Shown: positions 12,385 through 25,511 of the stretch, in pieces
How the letters are laid out: every line of letters starts with the position of its first letter
How positions within the stretch are numbered: the stretch's first letter is position 1
Source: Octopus bimaculoides
Lineage: Eukaryota
NCBI RefSeq assembly: GCF_001194135.2
Contig: NC_068983.1
Location: 28,882,243 to 28,932,807 of the forward strand
Length of the DNA: 50,565 nucleotides
Reading direction: 5' to 3'
Translations under genes and position numbers: made by a program
The notes under the pieces: generated by a model
What the model was told of the DNA's origin: nothing
Databases searched by the model: none
Seen by the model: the letters and a program-made list of their open reading frames with translations, nothing else

Positions 12385-12573
12385 TAGGATGTAGTTTTAA
12401 GGATTTTATTCGCTATTAGGAATTTTTTGGAGTAAAAAAATAACGCAGTGACTTAACTTATTGTATTTAGAATATTAATTGCGATTGTTTAATCGAAGAA
12501 ATTTGGAAAGGTGTAAATGTATGAATTTTAAACATACACACACACAGAGAAAATCTGCCTTTTATAGTATAGA
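12385..12573 (-). mobile_element. Possible non-autonomous Helitron 5' end
   Basis: The minus strand begins A|TCTATACTATAAAAGGCAGATTTTCTC followed by (TG)n, a pattern seen in Helitron 5' ends. No CTAG 3' end was found. Confidence 0.35.
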
Positions 12574-13479
12574 TACATATATGAGCAAATTCATTGCTCA
12601 CTCCTCTGTGAAAATCTACTTTTAAAGGTTTTTGAAACTTATGTCAGATGAGGAAGGGCAGTACACATGACCTTTTTTAGGGTCTTTAAGCCTAGTGAAA
12701 GGAAGGGAAAAATACTCTTTCACTCGGGTCTTAGATCAACATTGAATTCTTGCAACAGAATGGACTATACTAAAGTTACCCAGAAGTCAAGTGGTAGTGC
12801 TGTTAAAACAAGTGACAAATTAATTCTACTATCAATAGACAAAGATTCTATGCAGTTTTTCTGTCTACTAACATTCCACACAAAACTGGACCTCTCCCTG
12901 TTGAGAGTCCCAGATGAACCTACCTCACAGCAAGAGGTGCAAATGAGGGTAGCGACATCAAACTCCCTTATTCACTACATATCAAATGCCACATATTAGA
13001 GGAGGCTCTCAATAATAAGAGTGTAGCAAAACGGTGGTGTCCCATCATGGCCGCAGCTCTAAGCTTAAACTACAAGAAAAAAACATAAAACTTTGGTTAA
13101 CCTAAGGTTATTACAGAAAACATTTATCCTGGGTCCCATACAGTGGGATTGAACTTGGAACCACATACTTGTGGAGTGAATTTCTTAACCACACAGCCAT
13201 GAAAGAATCCAATATATTTATTCATCTTACCTGTCTAATTACTACTGGGTTGTCACTTACACAGCAGTGTGATCTGACAGCTAGTCCCACACTTTTGCTA
13301 ATTGTTTTAGGGGCTTATATTAGTTACAAGCAGACATAGACGCTCTTTCTACCCAGCCCTGACCCCACTTTTGACCCAGTGAGAAAGTGATAGCTGGAAA
13401 GAGGGACAGCTGTAACAGCACTTGGTTGGTATTCACCTTCAGCTGAGTAGACTGGAGCAATATGAAATGGAGTAAAACA

Positions 13480-13697
13480 GCGAGCTGGCAGAATTGTTTG
13501 CACACCAGGTGAAATGCTTAGCGGTATTTCGTCTGAGTTCAAATTCTGCCAAGGTTGACTTTGCCTTTCATCCTTTCAGGGTCAATTAAATAAGTGCCAG
13601 TTACACACTGGAGTCAATGTAATCGACTTAATCTCTTTGTCTGTCCTTGTTTGGTCCCTCTGTGTTTAGCCCCTTGGGGGCAATAAAGAAATAAATA
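13480..13697 (+). mobile_element. Meta-like tRNA-derived SINE (family C, tail variant ending GCAATAAAGAAATAA)
   Basis: GAGCTGGCAGAA head, GAGTTCAAATT B-box and TTGCCTTTCATCCTTTCAGGGTC domain. Other copies lie at about 16790-16955, 17400-17560, 18300-18480, 18540-18760, 19210-19520, 31870-32080, 32130-32345, 36880-36990, 41830-42025 and 48900-49090. Confidence 0.85.
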
Positions 13698-13892
13698 TAA
13701 AATGGTGTGTCTCACTCTAGGAATGAATGGGCCACCTGGTCCAGGAATCAAACCTGTGACCCTTATAATCATGAGCCTAAACACTAATCACTTGGTAACA
13801 TGCTTATTCAATAAGTGCATACCTCTGCATATTAATGTTTGTATAAAAATGTGACTGCAGTATACNNNNNNNNNNNNNNNNNNNNNNNNNNN

Positions 13893-13937
<45 letters not shown>

Positions 13938-14466
13938 TAGTTTTATTGAATGAATTAGAACAAAAGCAAAACAAAAAACAAAATAAGTTTTTACAGAAAT
14001 TTATTCCTATAATCTAATTCCCAATAAAGACATATGATCCTAATCATGAAGAGTAAATTTAATTAATTATCCAAATTATTTCACTTAGAGTTAATTTAAT
14101 TGGTATATTCCAATGCAAATAGAGAAACTTGCAAAGAGATTAATTCAGTCTAAAATCAAATTCTGAAAAACCTGTAATACTTCTTGGAATATTACATAAG
14201 ACTTTAATTTAATATGCAATGTAGAGGTGCTACACAACTAAAAATATAAATTTTAAACAGAAATGATGTATATCTGTACAAAAACATCCTTAATTTGAGA
14301 TATCTTCAAGAAGGTGATTTGAAACTTGAGTGAAATATGAGACTAACATGAGCTTATGAAAGATCCTGATGAAGGTGGGTAGGTGGGTGACTGACCTGTT
14401 AGATATAACAGCCAAATTTGGAGGTGCTTAACAACAAACATATAAACTTTAAACAGAAATATTGTA

Positions 14467-15714
14467 CAATGTGCATTCAAAAAATATCCCACTTCCTTTT
14501 TTTCTCACCAAAACTAATGATTCATGGCAAAATCCTTTGGATGGGAGGAGGTGCCTCCCTTCCTAAGCATGCATGAAAATTTTTATGCCAGTAGGCCATG
14601 TCAGTTCTCAGCTGTTATGCCTAAAGAAGAAACATGTAGTGCATGCCCAGTGGGTTTTCCTTTTCACCAAAAATATTGAACAAAGATATCGCATCAAGAT
14701 TTATCAAAAGCATGGTGATACACAAGCTCAAATCGTCCAGAAGATTTAGCAGGCCTTTGGTGATGATGCCATGGGTAAAAATCAGATCAAGGAGTTGTTG
14801 TTGTTGGCACTCTGTCGCTTATGACGTCGAGGGTTCCAGTTGATCCGATCAACGGAACAGCCTGCTCATGAAACTAACGTGCAAGTGGCTGAGCACTCCA
14901 CAGACACGTGTACCCTTAACATAGTTCTCGAGGGAGATTCAGCGTGACACAATGTGACAAGGCTGACCCTTTGAATTAAAAGGCACAACAGAAACAGGAA
15001 GTAAGAGTGAGAGAAAGTTGTGGTGAAAGAGTACAGCAGGGTTCGCCACTATCCCCTGCCGGAGCCTCGTGGAGTTTTAGGTGTTTTCGCTCAATAAACA
15101 CTCACAACGCTCAGTCTGGGAATCGAAACCGCAATCTTATGACCACGATTCCGCTGCCCTAACCACTGGGCCATTGCGCCTCCCCAAATCAAGGAGTGGT
15201 ACAACTGCTTCAAATATGTTTGAGAAGGTTTGGTGAATAGTCAAGGAAGACCCTTGTGTGACAATCCAGGAAATTGCTCATGAAATGGGAATAAGCAGAG
15301 AGCATTTCATTTTGATGAAGAGTTTGTGCATGTGGAGAGTGTCAGTGAAATTCTTCCATAAGACACCAGTGGAGCAGCAGAAGCAAATCCACAAATCTAC
15401 ATGGAAATTGCTTAGGACATGTTAGACTGTGCAAATATGACCCAGACTTCCTGAAGACCATCATTACTGGTGATGAGACATGGATTTATGATCTCCACTC
15501 AATGTGTTCAGTCATCTTGCATGAAAACGAAAATCCGATGAGCAAGCACTACATATTTGTACTCTAACAGCCAGGAACTAACACGACCTACAAGCACAAA
15601 AATTTTACTGCTTGCGCAGGTAGAGTGGCATCACCTTCCAGCCAAAGGATTTTACCCACATTGCATTAGTTTGGCAGGAAAAAATAAAGCCAGATATTTT
15701 TTGAATGCACCTTG
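14467..15714 (+). mobile_element. Internally deleted mariner element with both TIRs and TA TSD
   Basis: TA|CAATGTGCATTCAAAAAATATC at left and GATATTTTTTGAATGCACCTTG|TA at right. Transposase relics NIEQRYRIKIYQKHGDTQAQIVQKI*QAFGDDAMGKNQIKE / WYNCFK..IVKEDPCVTIQEIAHEMGIS..DPDFLKTIITGDETWIYD. Confidence 0.93.
14796..15184 (-). mobile_element. SINE family A (tail variant 2) inserted into the mariner transposase
   Basis: 13-bp TSD with one mismatch: CAGATCAAGGAGT (14783-14795) and CAAATCAAGGAGT (15185-15197). (AAC)n tail. Confidence 0.92.
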
Positions 15715-17102
15715 TACATCAGCGCAAAAGGAAAGGGAAAATTTGGGATATTTTCAAGAAGGTGATTTGAAACGGTTGAATAAAATATGAGGCGAACACA
15801 AACAAGAAGAGCGAGTGGGTCACTTGTCACCATCAACATCAACCTCAACATTATCATTAATATTTAACATCTGTATTTCATGTTAGCATAGGTTGGATGG
15901 TTTGGTAGGATCAGACTTGTCTGAGGACTGTATTGCAAGAACAAACACCACTAAGCATTTTATCTGATACTTTAATAGTTCTGCTAATTAACTGCAAAGC
16001 TCTATAAGGTAACTCGGCCAGTGAGCAAAGGCAACCAAACCTTTCTTGAGTTGTCCCTATCATCTTTGAAAAAGAAAGATACATAGAATCATCTATTCGT
16101 AATACTACTATATTTGAGAAAACTTGATCATGTAACTACTGAGTCGTGCTTGGCTTGGAACTATGGAACCAACCAACATTACATTAAATAACTGATATAA
16201 AATACAAGATCTATTTTATGCTTATACAGAATACAAAATGTTATTTGTATCACATACAGGTTTGAAAGAAAATGGCATTTTTGATAAGTAATTGAAATAA
16301 ATATTTTTTGTCACAGATCAGACATAAAAGAGAACAAATTTTTTCATGTAAAATTAATTTGCATTAAAGGTTTTAATTTAAAAAATTTCGTTAGAAAAGG
16401 TTACATGTGACATGACATGCACTTAACTCACAATTTTTTTCTGTAATACAGCTCATATTTGCAGACATACCCTCACCTCTCCTCACCTTTGTGTGTGTGT
16501 GTGTGTATATGTATGCATGTGTAAGTGTTTAAAATATATGCATACTTTCACACAAACATACAATAGTTAAATATATACACACATGCATACAAACTCACAT
16601 ACATACATGCATACTTACATATATATATATATATGTATATACACACACACACACACAAATACACACATAAACAGATATGTATGCATGCATGTATATTATG
16701 TATGTATGTATGTATGTATGTATGTATACACAACTGACTGGTTGAATCATTACTGTATTGAACAGAATATGTTGCAATGCTTTCTTTCAGTTTAAATTTA
16801 AAGTGGTGAGTTGGCAGTATCCTTACCATGCCAAACAAAATGTTTGGCACCATCTCTTCCAAAATTACATTCTGAGTTCAAATGCTGCTAGGATTACTTT
16901 TGCCTTTCATTCTTTTGGGGGTCAATAAAGTAAGTACCAGTTGAGCACGGGGGGNNNNNNNNNNNNNNNNNNNNNNNNNNNNNNNNNNNNNNNNNNNNNN
17001 NNNNNNNNNNNNNNNNNNNNNNNNNNNNNNNNNNNNNNNNNNNNNNNNNNNGGGATAAATAAGTAAAGTAGCATCACTTTCTTGCATTCTAGTGGCCACA
17101 TG

Positions 17103-17157
17103 TCAAAATTTGGAGGGCCAGCTTGGTTCTTGAATCTGCTCATGACTGTATAGGCAC
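17103..17157 (-). CDS. Candidate downstream or terminal exon of the minus-strand gene
   Basis: Strong acceptor TTTTACTAATTGTTTTAG with a CTAAT branch motif. Joined in phase 2 to 23227 it gives G-CLYSHEQIQEPSWPSKF*. In phase 1 it reads AYTVMSRFKNQAGPPNFDMWPLECKK up to a weak GTGATG donor at 17077. The frame is unresolved. Confidence 0.35.
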
Positions 17158-17249
17158 CTAAAACAATTAGTAAAAGCATGACACACCCTACCAAGTCATC
17201 TATAATTGTGAGTGACAGTAGTTGTATACACATGCGCATGCAAACACAC

Positions 17250-17305
<56 letters not shown>

Positions 17306-18489
17306 CAATTTTATTTCATTTTTAGCATAGTATAAAATAGTTCTGTTTGATCAGTATTGTCATGGGATTTCACAACAAAGAACTCAGTAACAATTATCCA
17401 GACAAATACATAGCAGCATTTAATTATGTTCTTTACATTTTGAGTTCAAATCCAACTGATGGCAATTTTACCTTTTATCTGTCTGGGTTTGATTGATTGA
17501 TTAAATCGACTTCAATTCTTGTTCCAAATTATGTGGCATTGTGCCAGAATTAGAAATCATTATTATCAAAAAGAAGAGAAAAAAGACTTTTAATCGTAAG
17601 CTAATTTAGAAAATTGTTCGAAATCAATTTGCCAGTTTTATTCTTCGAAGAAGGGAATATATTTGCATGCATTGTAAATTCTCTGCATACAAAACATGCA
17701 CACACACAAACAAACAAACAAACGCACACCAATATACAACTGAGTTTTATGTGAGTCTTTGTAAGTACGTTGTGTATGTTAAATTTTGTCTTGTGTAAAA
17801 ATTGCACTATTTCATACCTCAGAACAGTTTAGTATGAAAATTTACAAGCTTGGCTACTTTGAATTTTTACTTCATCTTTAGAGTCTTAAATTCTATTTTC
17901 TTTCAACTTAAAGAAAGATGAATAACAAAAGAAAGGAAGTCAAAGAAAAACATTATTTTTAATCATCTTACTTAATTTAAATGAGTTTTCTATCCCACTG
18001 TGTACACTATTTCAGAATTTCAATTAATATGAGAATCTAATAATCTATTGGCATTTTTTTTTTATATAAAAGTATAAATGCCTATGAATAATAACTCTAA
18101 TATACTAAGAGACCAATAAGTCATCAACTTTAAAGTAATTAGGTTATAAAAGCCAAAACAACATCATAAAAGCATATAATATATATTGGTTTCTTAAAGA
18201 GGCACAAGGCTATACACAATTTGTTTCCAACATGGGTCAACCCTATGATCGAATGAACTAATGATCAAAGCCATATCAAACAAATGATCACAAGGATAAT
18301 AATGTGAATAATAATTGTTTCAAATTTTGGCATGAAGCCAGCAATTTTAGGGGAGGGGGTAAGTTGATTACAATTACCTCAAAAGGATGAAAGGCAGAGT
18401 TGACTTTAGTGGAATTTGAAACTCAGAACATAAAGAGTCACAAGAAATGCAGCTAAACGTTTTATCAGATGTGCTAATAATGCTAATAA

Positions 18490-18534
<45 letters not shown>

Positions 18535-18779
18535 TTGATTTCAGTATATACACATGGCCTGAAATTGGGGAAAAGTTTAATGATTAAACTGACCCCAGTT
18601 ATCAACAAGTATTTATTTTATTTTATTTTATTGACCACCCCCCCTGGAATGATGAAAGGCAAAGTCAACTGGGATATGATTATTATTCTGAACGTAAGCA
18701 GCCTGACCAAATACTGCAAAACATTTAGTCTGACACTATAATGATTCTGCCAGCTAATGATAATCATAATGATAATCAT

Positions 18780-18960
18780 CATCATCGTTTAACGTCCACT
18801 TTCCATGCTAGCATGGGTTGGACGATTTGACTGAGGACTGGCGAACCAGATGGCTACACCAGGCTCCAATCTGATCTGGCAGAGTTTCTACAGCTGGATG
18901 CCCTTCCTAACGCCAACCCCTCCGAGAGTATAGTGGGTGCTTTTACGTGCCACCATCATG
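18780..18960 (-). mobile_element. RTE LINE 3' fragment
   Basis: Shared RTE terminus. Confidence 0.8.
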
Positions 18961-19912
18961 AGGACCAGTCACATGGTAGGTGCGGGCATGGCTGTGTGGT
19001 TAGGAAGCTTGCTTCCCAGCTACATGGTTTCGGGTTCAGTCCCACCGTGTGGCACCTTGGACAAGTGTCTTCTGCTATAGCCCCGGGCCGACCAAAATTT
19101 TGTGATTGTATTTGTTAGGCGGAAGTTACTGCCGCGTGTGAATATGTCTGTGTATGTGCTTGTGCATAATCATAATCATAATAATAATGATGAGGATGAC
19201 GATGATGATGATAATCCTTTCTATTATAAGCACAATACCAGCAATTTGGGGGAGGGGGCTGTCGATTACATCAACCCCCCAGTACACAATTGATACTTAT
19301 TTCATCCTCTCAGGATTGATGAAATAAGTACCAGTTGTGCACTTGGATCAATGTAATCAATTGGCCCCTTCCCCCAAATTGCAGGCCTTGTTCAACTGGT
19401 GCTTCTTTTATTGATCTGAAAAGGATGAAAGGCAAAGTCAACCTCGGCAGCATTTAAACTCAGAACATAAAGCAGAAGAAAAGCTGCTAAGCATTTCATC
19501 TGGAGCAGTAACAACTCTGCCAACCACATGGTTCCGGGTTCAGTCCCACTGCATGGCACCTTGGGTAAGAGTTTTCTACTATAGCCTCAGGCCAACCAAA
19601 GCCTTGTGACTGGATTTGGTAGACAGAAACTGAAAGAAGCCCGTCGTATATAAGTATATATATGTATGTGTGTTTGTGTGTCTGTGTTTGTCCCATCACC
19701 ATCGCTTGACAACTGATGCTGGTATGTTTACGGCCCCGTAACTTAGCAGTTCGGCAAAAAGAGACCGATAGAATAAGTACTAGGCTTACAAAGAATAAGT
19801 CCTGGGGGCAATTTGCTCAACTAAAGGCGTTGCTCCAGCATGGCCGCAGTCAAATGACTGAAACAAGTAAAAGAGAGTAAAGAGTATAATAATAATAATA
19901 ATAATAACAATA

Positions 19913-19943
<31 letters not shown>

Positions 19944-22900
19944 TTCTTTTCTACTGTAGGTGCAAGGTCGGCAAATTTTCAAAGTTTTAGGTGTTATTTC
20001 TAATATATAAAGCAACCACATAGAGACTGCCACTAGCTTGTATAGCCCTCCAAGATCAGCTCTGCATGAACAGTTCTACAGCATGCAATTGGTCAGCTGA
20101 ACAACCAGGCCCAACCCACAGACCTATCGTTTCCATTATGCCATCTCTCCACAAAGATGTGAACTAGGAAGCGGAACGGTATGACTACAACAACTCATCT
20201 ACAGTTAGGAAGGATGGGATGATAGCTTATGCAAGCTTTCCAACATAAATAATTCATGGTGATGAAGGATTATTGCAATTTTCCATAGCATAATCGCATG
20301 ATTAACCAGGAAAATTCTACCATGCTTGTTGATCAACCTAGTTTATTATTAACAAAGCATATTTCAGTTCAGCATGATATTAAGTCTTGAAGTAATGACA
20401 CAGTTAAATAGACATGTAGTCAAATAGGTATGAGAATAATCAGTAGAGCATCAAACAAAATAATTATAGTGTTAGATTACACTTTTTTATATTCAGCATT
20501 CATATCCCTCTCAGGTCAAACACTTCATTCTCAGGTCATTTAAATAAGTACCCATACCCAACAAAATGTGATGAGGCATGTAATTGACTTAAATTATTTG
20601 AAATTGGTACCCCAACGTGGTCTTAGTTCAGTGACTAAAACTAGTAAAACATCATAAGAATGCTGATATATAGATGTGTTTTTGTGTGGCCAGGGAGTTG
20701 GGCTGTTTAAGCTTACAATCATGAGGTTGAGGATTCAATTCTTAGACAGGTTGCATACTGTGTCATTAAGCATTGAATTTCATTCCATGTTGCTTCAAAC
20801 TACTCAGCTGAAATGAGTACCTGTAGCTGCTGAAAGCAGATTGTTGTCCCTGCAGTGGATTGTTGTCACTACAACAGATTGTTATCCCATTTCTTGAGTA
20901 TCTATGTCCTTTTAGTCACTAACCTGCCTTGAAAACTGGGATAAGCTTCAATTTAATGAAAATTTAGGATCAAGAAAGGATTTTTTTTAGATGTCTAGAT
21001 AAGCAGTCTTGCAGATAGACAGATAGCCTGATAGACCAAAAGACATGTAAGGTGGAAGATAAATAAATAAGTTTCATGACAGACAGGTGAGCTAACAGGA
21101 GAATGGCTGGATGAACAGACAGATGTACAACATTTGGGAATCAGATTATCAGAATATTGACAAATGACCACATCTGTTTGAAGGTATCAGCATTTTCATT
21201 GTCCAGTTTCCATGCTGTCATGTGTTGGACAGTTTGACAGCATCTGACAAGTCAGAGGACTGCATTATGCATCACTGCTTACATTTACATGGTTTCTACA
21301 GATGGAGTTCTTCCTAATGCCAACCATTTTACAGAGTGTACTGGGTGCTCTTTTCATGACACCAGCACTCATGTTGATTGCTTCATAAACTGCAACGACA
21401 AGGTTTTCAAGTGACCCCTATAAACATTGAAAGAACAGAAAAGAGAGTAGATGATCCTAGTGGGGGGAAAAGAGTGATGGTAGGTAAAAGGAAAGAATAA
21501 AGAATAAGGAACAAGCCAGAAGGAAAGGAATGACAGATGTTTGCTTAATCTAAAACAAGGAAAGGAAATGAATACGATGAAGGTGGTACCATCAGAATTT
21601 AATTGAAGAACATAGAGGAATCAAACTAAGTACTCAAAAATTCCTGAAAGAAAGTGTTACCATATGTATGTATAACAGTCATCATCAACAGATATTCAAT
21701 AATAGTAGATTCTTTTAGCTGATCAACTCTTAAAACATTATTTTTGATAACATGTTAACTGTGCAAAAAAGTGTTAAGTATCAGTACAAGTGATTTATTT
21801 AATCCACTATATTGGTATTCTGAAATAATAGTGTTACTTGTTCACTGCTTTTATATTAGAAGTCAAGCAATTTGCTAGTGTAACGCGTCAAAATGAAAGT
21901 GAAAGTGAAACTGAAGGAGATACCGTGAAGTAGACTACTACATCAGTCATTGAGGATACTTTAAGTCTTTGCTCAATAAGCATTATTGATATTGCTTATA
22001 ACAAGAGAAAAGCTGAGAAAGTTAAAATTGGTTCATATTCTTTCAAATTAGCTCATACTGAGATGTCGGAATTACTACAGCCACACATAAAGCTAGTTTG
22101 ATGGACTTTCTTTAGGTAAAGGCTATAATGTATTCTATAATATTTGACAAAGTAACATAAACTTTGCCACAACTAGCACTGTTAGATTTATGACATTGAT
22201 TTTTTATAACTTCTGGTTTTTAGCAGTGAGAATTAAGATTAAGGTTGGAATCTGCATCCCAGTAATTTTAACCTTACATTAATCTCTGAACCCAAGATTT
22301 CATTGCATTATTATATGTTAAACACTAAATTCATCTGAAGTTAACGAATCAATGAAGTTGAATACTACAGTGAATAATCTAATTGGATTACAGTAAAGTG
22401 TTTCAAAGAAACTAAACTTTTCTAGATTTTATCTCCATGCCATAAGATGCTTAATTTATTAATTCTAAGCAGATATGGCTTAATTTCTCTCAAATTAAGC
22501 TTTGCAAAATTTGACCAAAAACAAATATTCTCTTCATTGGTTTGGAAAAGAGAAATGTTTCCAGTTTCTTAATTGAGAACCGAATTATAAGGCAAGAATG
22601 GATAAGATTCAATATTAGATAATAATTGGAATTTAATTTTGATCTCCGTTACAGCTTATGATTAATAAAGTAGAACAGACATGATATGAAAATCTTTTTC
22701 TGTAAACATGGAGTATTTAGTGACTCTTTACTCAATAAACTTGTGTCTTTCTATAATTGTTCTATGCATTATACAGATACAAGCACAGCTGAGGTTCTAG
22801 ATTTGATCCCACTGAAGGGCCTCACCCTCATTGCACTTCCGACATGCTGAATCTACTTTACAATTATATTTAGAATATGTATGTTTGTGGAATACTCAGC

Positions 22901-23226
22901 CACTTCATATGCTAGTTTATGAATAGGTTGTCCAGCTGTTCCAACAGATGGATGCTCATAAGTCAAAACTAACTGAAGAGTCCTTCACTTATATATCATT
23001 TATACTTTTAGTATAATATACTAAATGCATGAATGATATTAAATTTCACTGCAATTTTGTTTTTCTTCTTTTTTGCATTTTATTAAGTTCCCATCCTTTT
23101 ATAGGAAAATATTATGGTTTCAAGTCTAAAGACTATACTATGTGATGTCTTGAACAAGAATATTGCTAGATTTCCAGTCATGCAATGCAGATACACAATT
23201 TTTTAATGATGGACCTAATAAGTTAC

Positions 23227-23286
23227 CCAGTTTTAACACCATCACTTAGCCCCAGTGTGTAATAACCCATGGGACAGTTTGACCAG
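23227..23286 (-). CDS. Internal exon H (60 nt, phase 2 to 2): (N)WSNCPMGYYTLGLSDGVKT(G)
   Basis: Acceptor CCTCTTTTTTTTTTGATCAG and donor GTAACT. Only phase 2 is stop-free, and it matches the phase left by the 23550-23676 exon. Confidence 0.55.
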
Positions 23287-23549
23287 CTGATCAAAAAAAA
23301 AAGAGGTATAAAAGGGGTGGTATTTCACCTCAAGTCTTCAAATCAGACAAAAAAATATAAAGACAGCACTGTAAACTCAAAAGAAATACCAAGAATTAAG
23401 AAACTGGTTTCCTGAAGATTTATAAAGATTATATACTTATTATTTCATAAGTCAGACAAAATAAACAAAAATTACTCCCCCAACACATACATATATATAA
23501 ATGAAGTAGTAATATATATATATATATAAATCAATAAAACAGCACTTAC

Positions 23550-23676
23550 TTGACATAATATATCCTTCCTGAAGAGTGCAGTTTTGCCTCACAATTATCA
23601 GGTAGCTGATTGTTAAGTCCTTGGATGTAATCCACGCAGAGAAGAGCCATGCAGTGGGTCTTATCGCAGACAGACA
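23550..23676 (-). CDS. Internal exon G (127 nt, phase 1 to 2): SVCDKTHCMALLCVDYIQGLNNQLPDNCEAKLHSSGRIYYV(N), WW-like second half
   Basis: Acceptor TTTTACTTTTGTTTTATTAG and donor AA|GTAAGT. Higher GC than the flanks. LPDNCEAKLHSSGRIYYVN resembles the WW pattern LPxxWExxxxxxGRxYYVN with C in place of the first W. Confidence 0.78.
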
Positions 23677-24805
23677 CTAATAAAACAAAAGTAAAATATG
23701 TCTTAATTTTGTGACTATACACTTACACATGTATTGATGTCAAGGACATCTATATGCAGGTGTTGGATCACCTGCATACTATCTTAGCTTATATGGCAAC
23801 AAATGTAAATACATCAATGATTTTTGCTTTTCTTTTAATCAAGCAAAGCATGTAAATATTTTATAGCATATATACATTCACATGTTATATTGATAGTATA
23901 TAAAATCTACAGTGAGAATATAGGTAAGCAAGATTTCAATAAGTATACATAATATATGTTTCACATATATTAATGGATTTAATAAGTTTATTTAATATAC
24001 AACGCTAACATGAAGTATTGATAAGATAATATGAATCTGTTTCTGAGGTATACTTGTTTAATAAGTGACTTATTCTCAAGCAATGTGTCAGAAGCACAGA
24101 AGAAGAGCAAGGAGGAGAAATGAGGGTAAGTCGCCTCTGGACATAGGTGTGAATGGGTGCATATTATGCTGTTTATAATAGGTGTTAATTAAAAAGAGAA
24201 GCACCAAAATTTTCTTCACTGTTACCCACCACGTACACACATACACCATCTCCAGCACTAAGAACTCTTGCTATATCACTGCCGTGTGTTGAAATGGAAG
24301 CAGTTACATCACGGAAGAGCCATTTTAGTCATTAAAGAACACACAAAATATATGTCTTTATGAAACGGTAAATGGTACTGCTACAAAATGCTTTTTATGA
24401 TTTAAAAGTTGCACATAAAGTCAACATTAGGGAGAGAATTACATTAACTGCAAATGTAGCTCACTGTAGTAAGGATTCCTCTACCTTATAGCATATTCTA
24501 TAAAATGCATTAAGCTCTCTGCAAATATCTACAACAATGTGTGAGAAAGCAACAGCAAATTCAAAAACTCTCTGTCATTAAATCATAAACAAAATGTCAT
24601 CTATTTCAATATTTAATATCTCATTTCAAAAACATGCTAACATTTTTTTAGAATAACATTGTTTACATTAAGTAAAAACTTGGGCTCAAAGAAATCAATG
24701 GTGATCTGTGTGGATAAAAAGTTGATAGTGAAATTCATTTATATGTTGGATAAATTTATGGTGATAAAGCTTTATTTCTACAGTCATCTATACAATGGAT
24801 CACGC

Positions 24806-25345
24806 GCTGGTATGGACATGTGGTGAGAATGGAGGAGGATAGCTGCGTGAAAAAGTGCCACACCCTAACAGTTGAGGGAACCCGTGGAAGAGGTAGGCCC
24901 AGGAAGACCTGGGCTGAGGTGGTGAGGCAAGACCTTCGTACATTGGGCCTCACCGAGGCGATGACTACGGACTGAGACCTTTGGAAATGGGCTGTGCGTG
25001 AGAAGACCCGGCAAGCCAAGTAAGATCGTTGCCAGTGCCCCTGGACTGGTTCTTGTGCGGGTGGCACATGAGATGCACCATTTTGAGCGTGGCCNNNNNN
25101 NNNNNNNNNNNNNNNNNNNNNNNNNNNNNNNNNNNNNNNNNNNNNNNNNNNNNNGCGGGTGACACGTAAAAGCACCCACTACACTCTCTGAGTGGTTGGC
25201 GTTAGGAAGGGCATCCAGCTGTAGAAACTCTGCCAAATCAGACTGGAGCCTGGTGTTGCCATCCGGTTTCACCAGTCCTCAGTCAAATCGTCCAACCCAT
25301 GCTAGCATGGAAAGCGGACGTTAAACGATGATGATGATGATGATT
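24806..25345 (+). mobile_element. Young 5'-truncated RTE LINE (ORF C-terminus plus 3' UTR, N gap inside)
   Basis: Reads WYGHVVRMEEDSCVKKCHTLTVEGTRGRGRPRKTWAEVVRQDLRTLGLTEAMTTD*DLWKWAVREKTRQAK*, with a CGA>TGA change relative to the 40-kb copy. (GAT)n tail. Confidence 0.95.
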
Positions 25346-25502
25346 TAAATACAAAGAAATAGGAAAAAAGAAAGACGAAGAAGGAAAAAAAAATGTGGAG
25401 TAAAGCAGGGACCACACACTCCAGAATAAATAGTGTGCTCAGCTGCACCCCATGGTAATGACTGTGATGGCATTGCCACAGAGAATGGTCAGCAATACTC
25501 AC

Positions 25503-25511
25503 TGCAGCAGC
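25503..25511 (-). CDS. Candidate 9-nt microexon F, GCTGCTGCA (phase 1 to 1; with it the junction reads C-C-C-M, without it L)
   Basis: TATTTTCTTCTCCCCACAG|GCTGCTGCA|GTGAGTA: strong acceptor and donor, frame-preserving, 149-nt upstream intron. Confidence 0.6.

Noticed and set aside
21870-22100. Protein-like + strand stretch with an internal stop (QNESESETEGDTVK*TTTSVIEDTL)
   Set aside because: In-frame stop and no family match; possibly decayed TE sequence.
24080-24125. Possible + strand exon ending GAGG|GTAAGT
   Set aside because: Weak acceptor and no phase-compatible + strand partners found.
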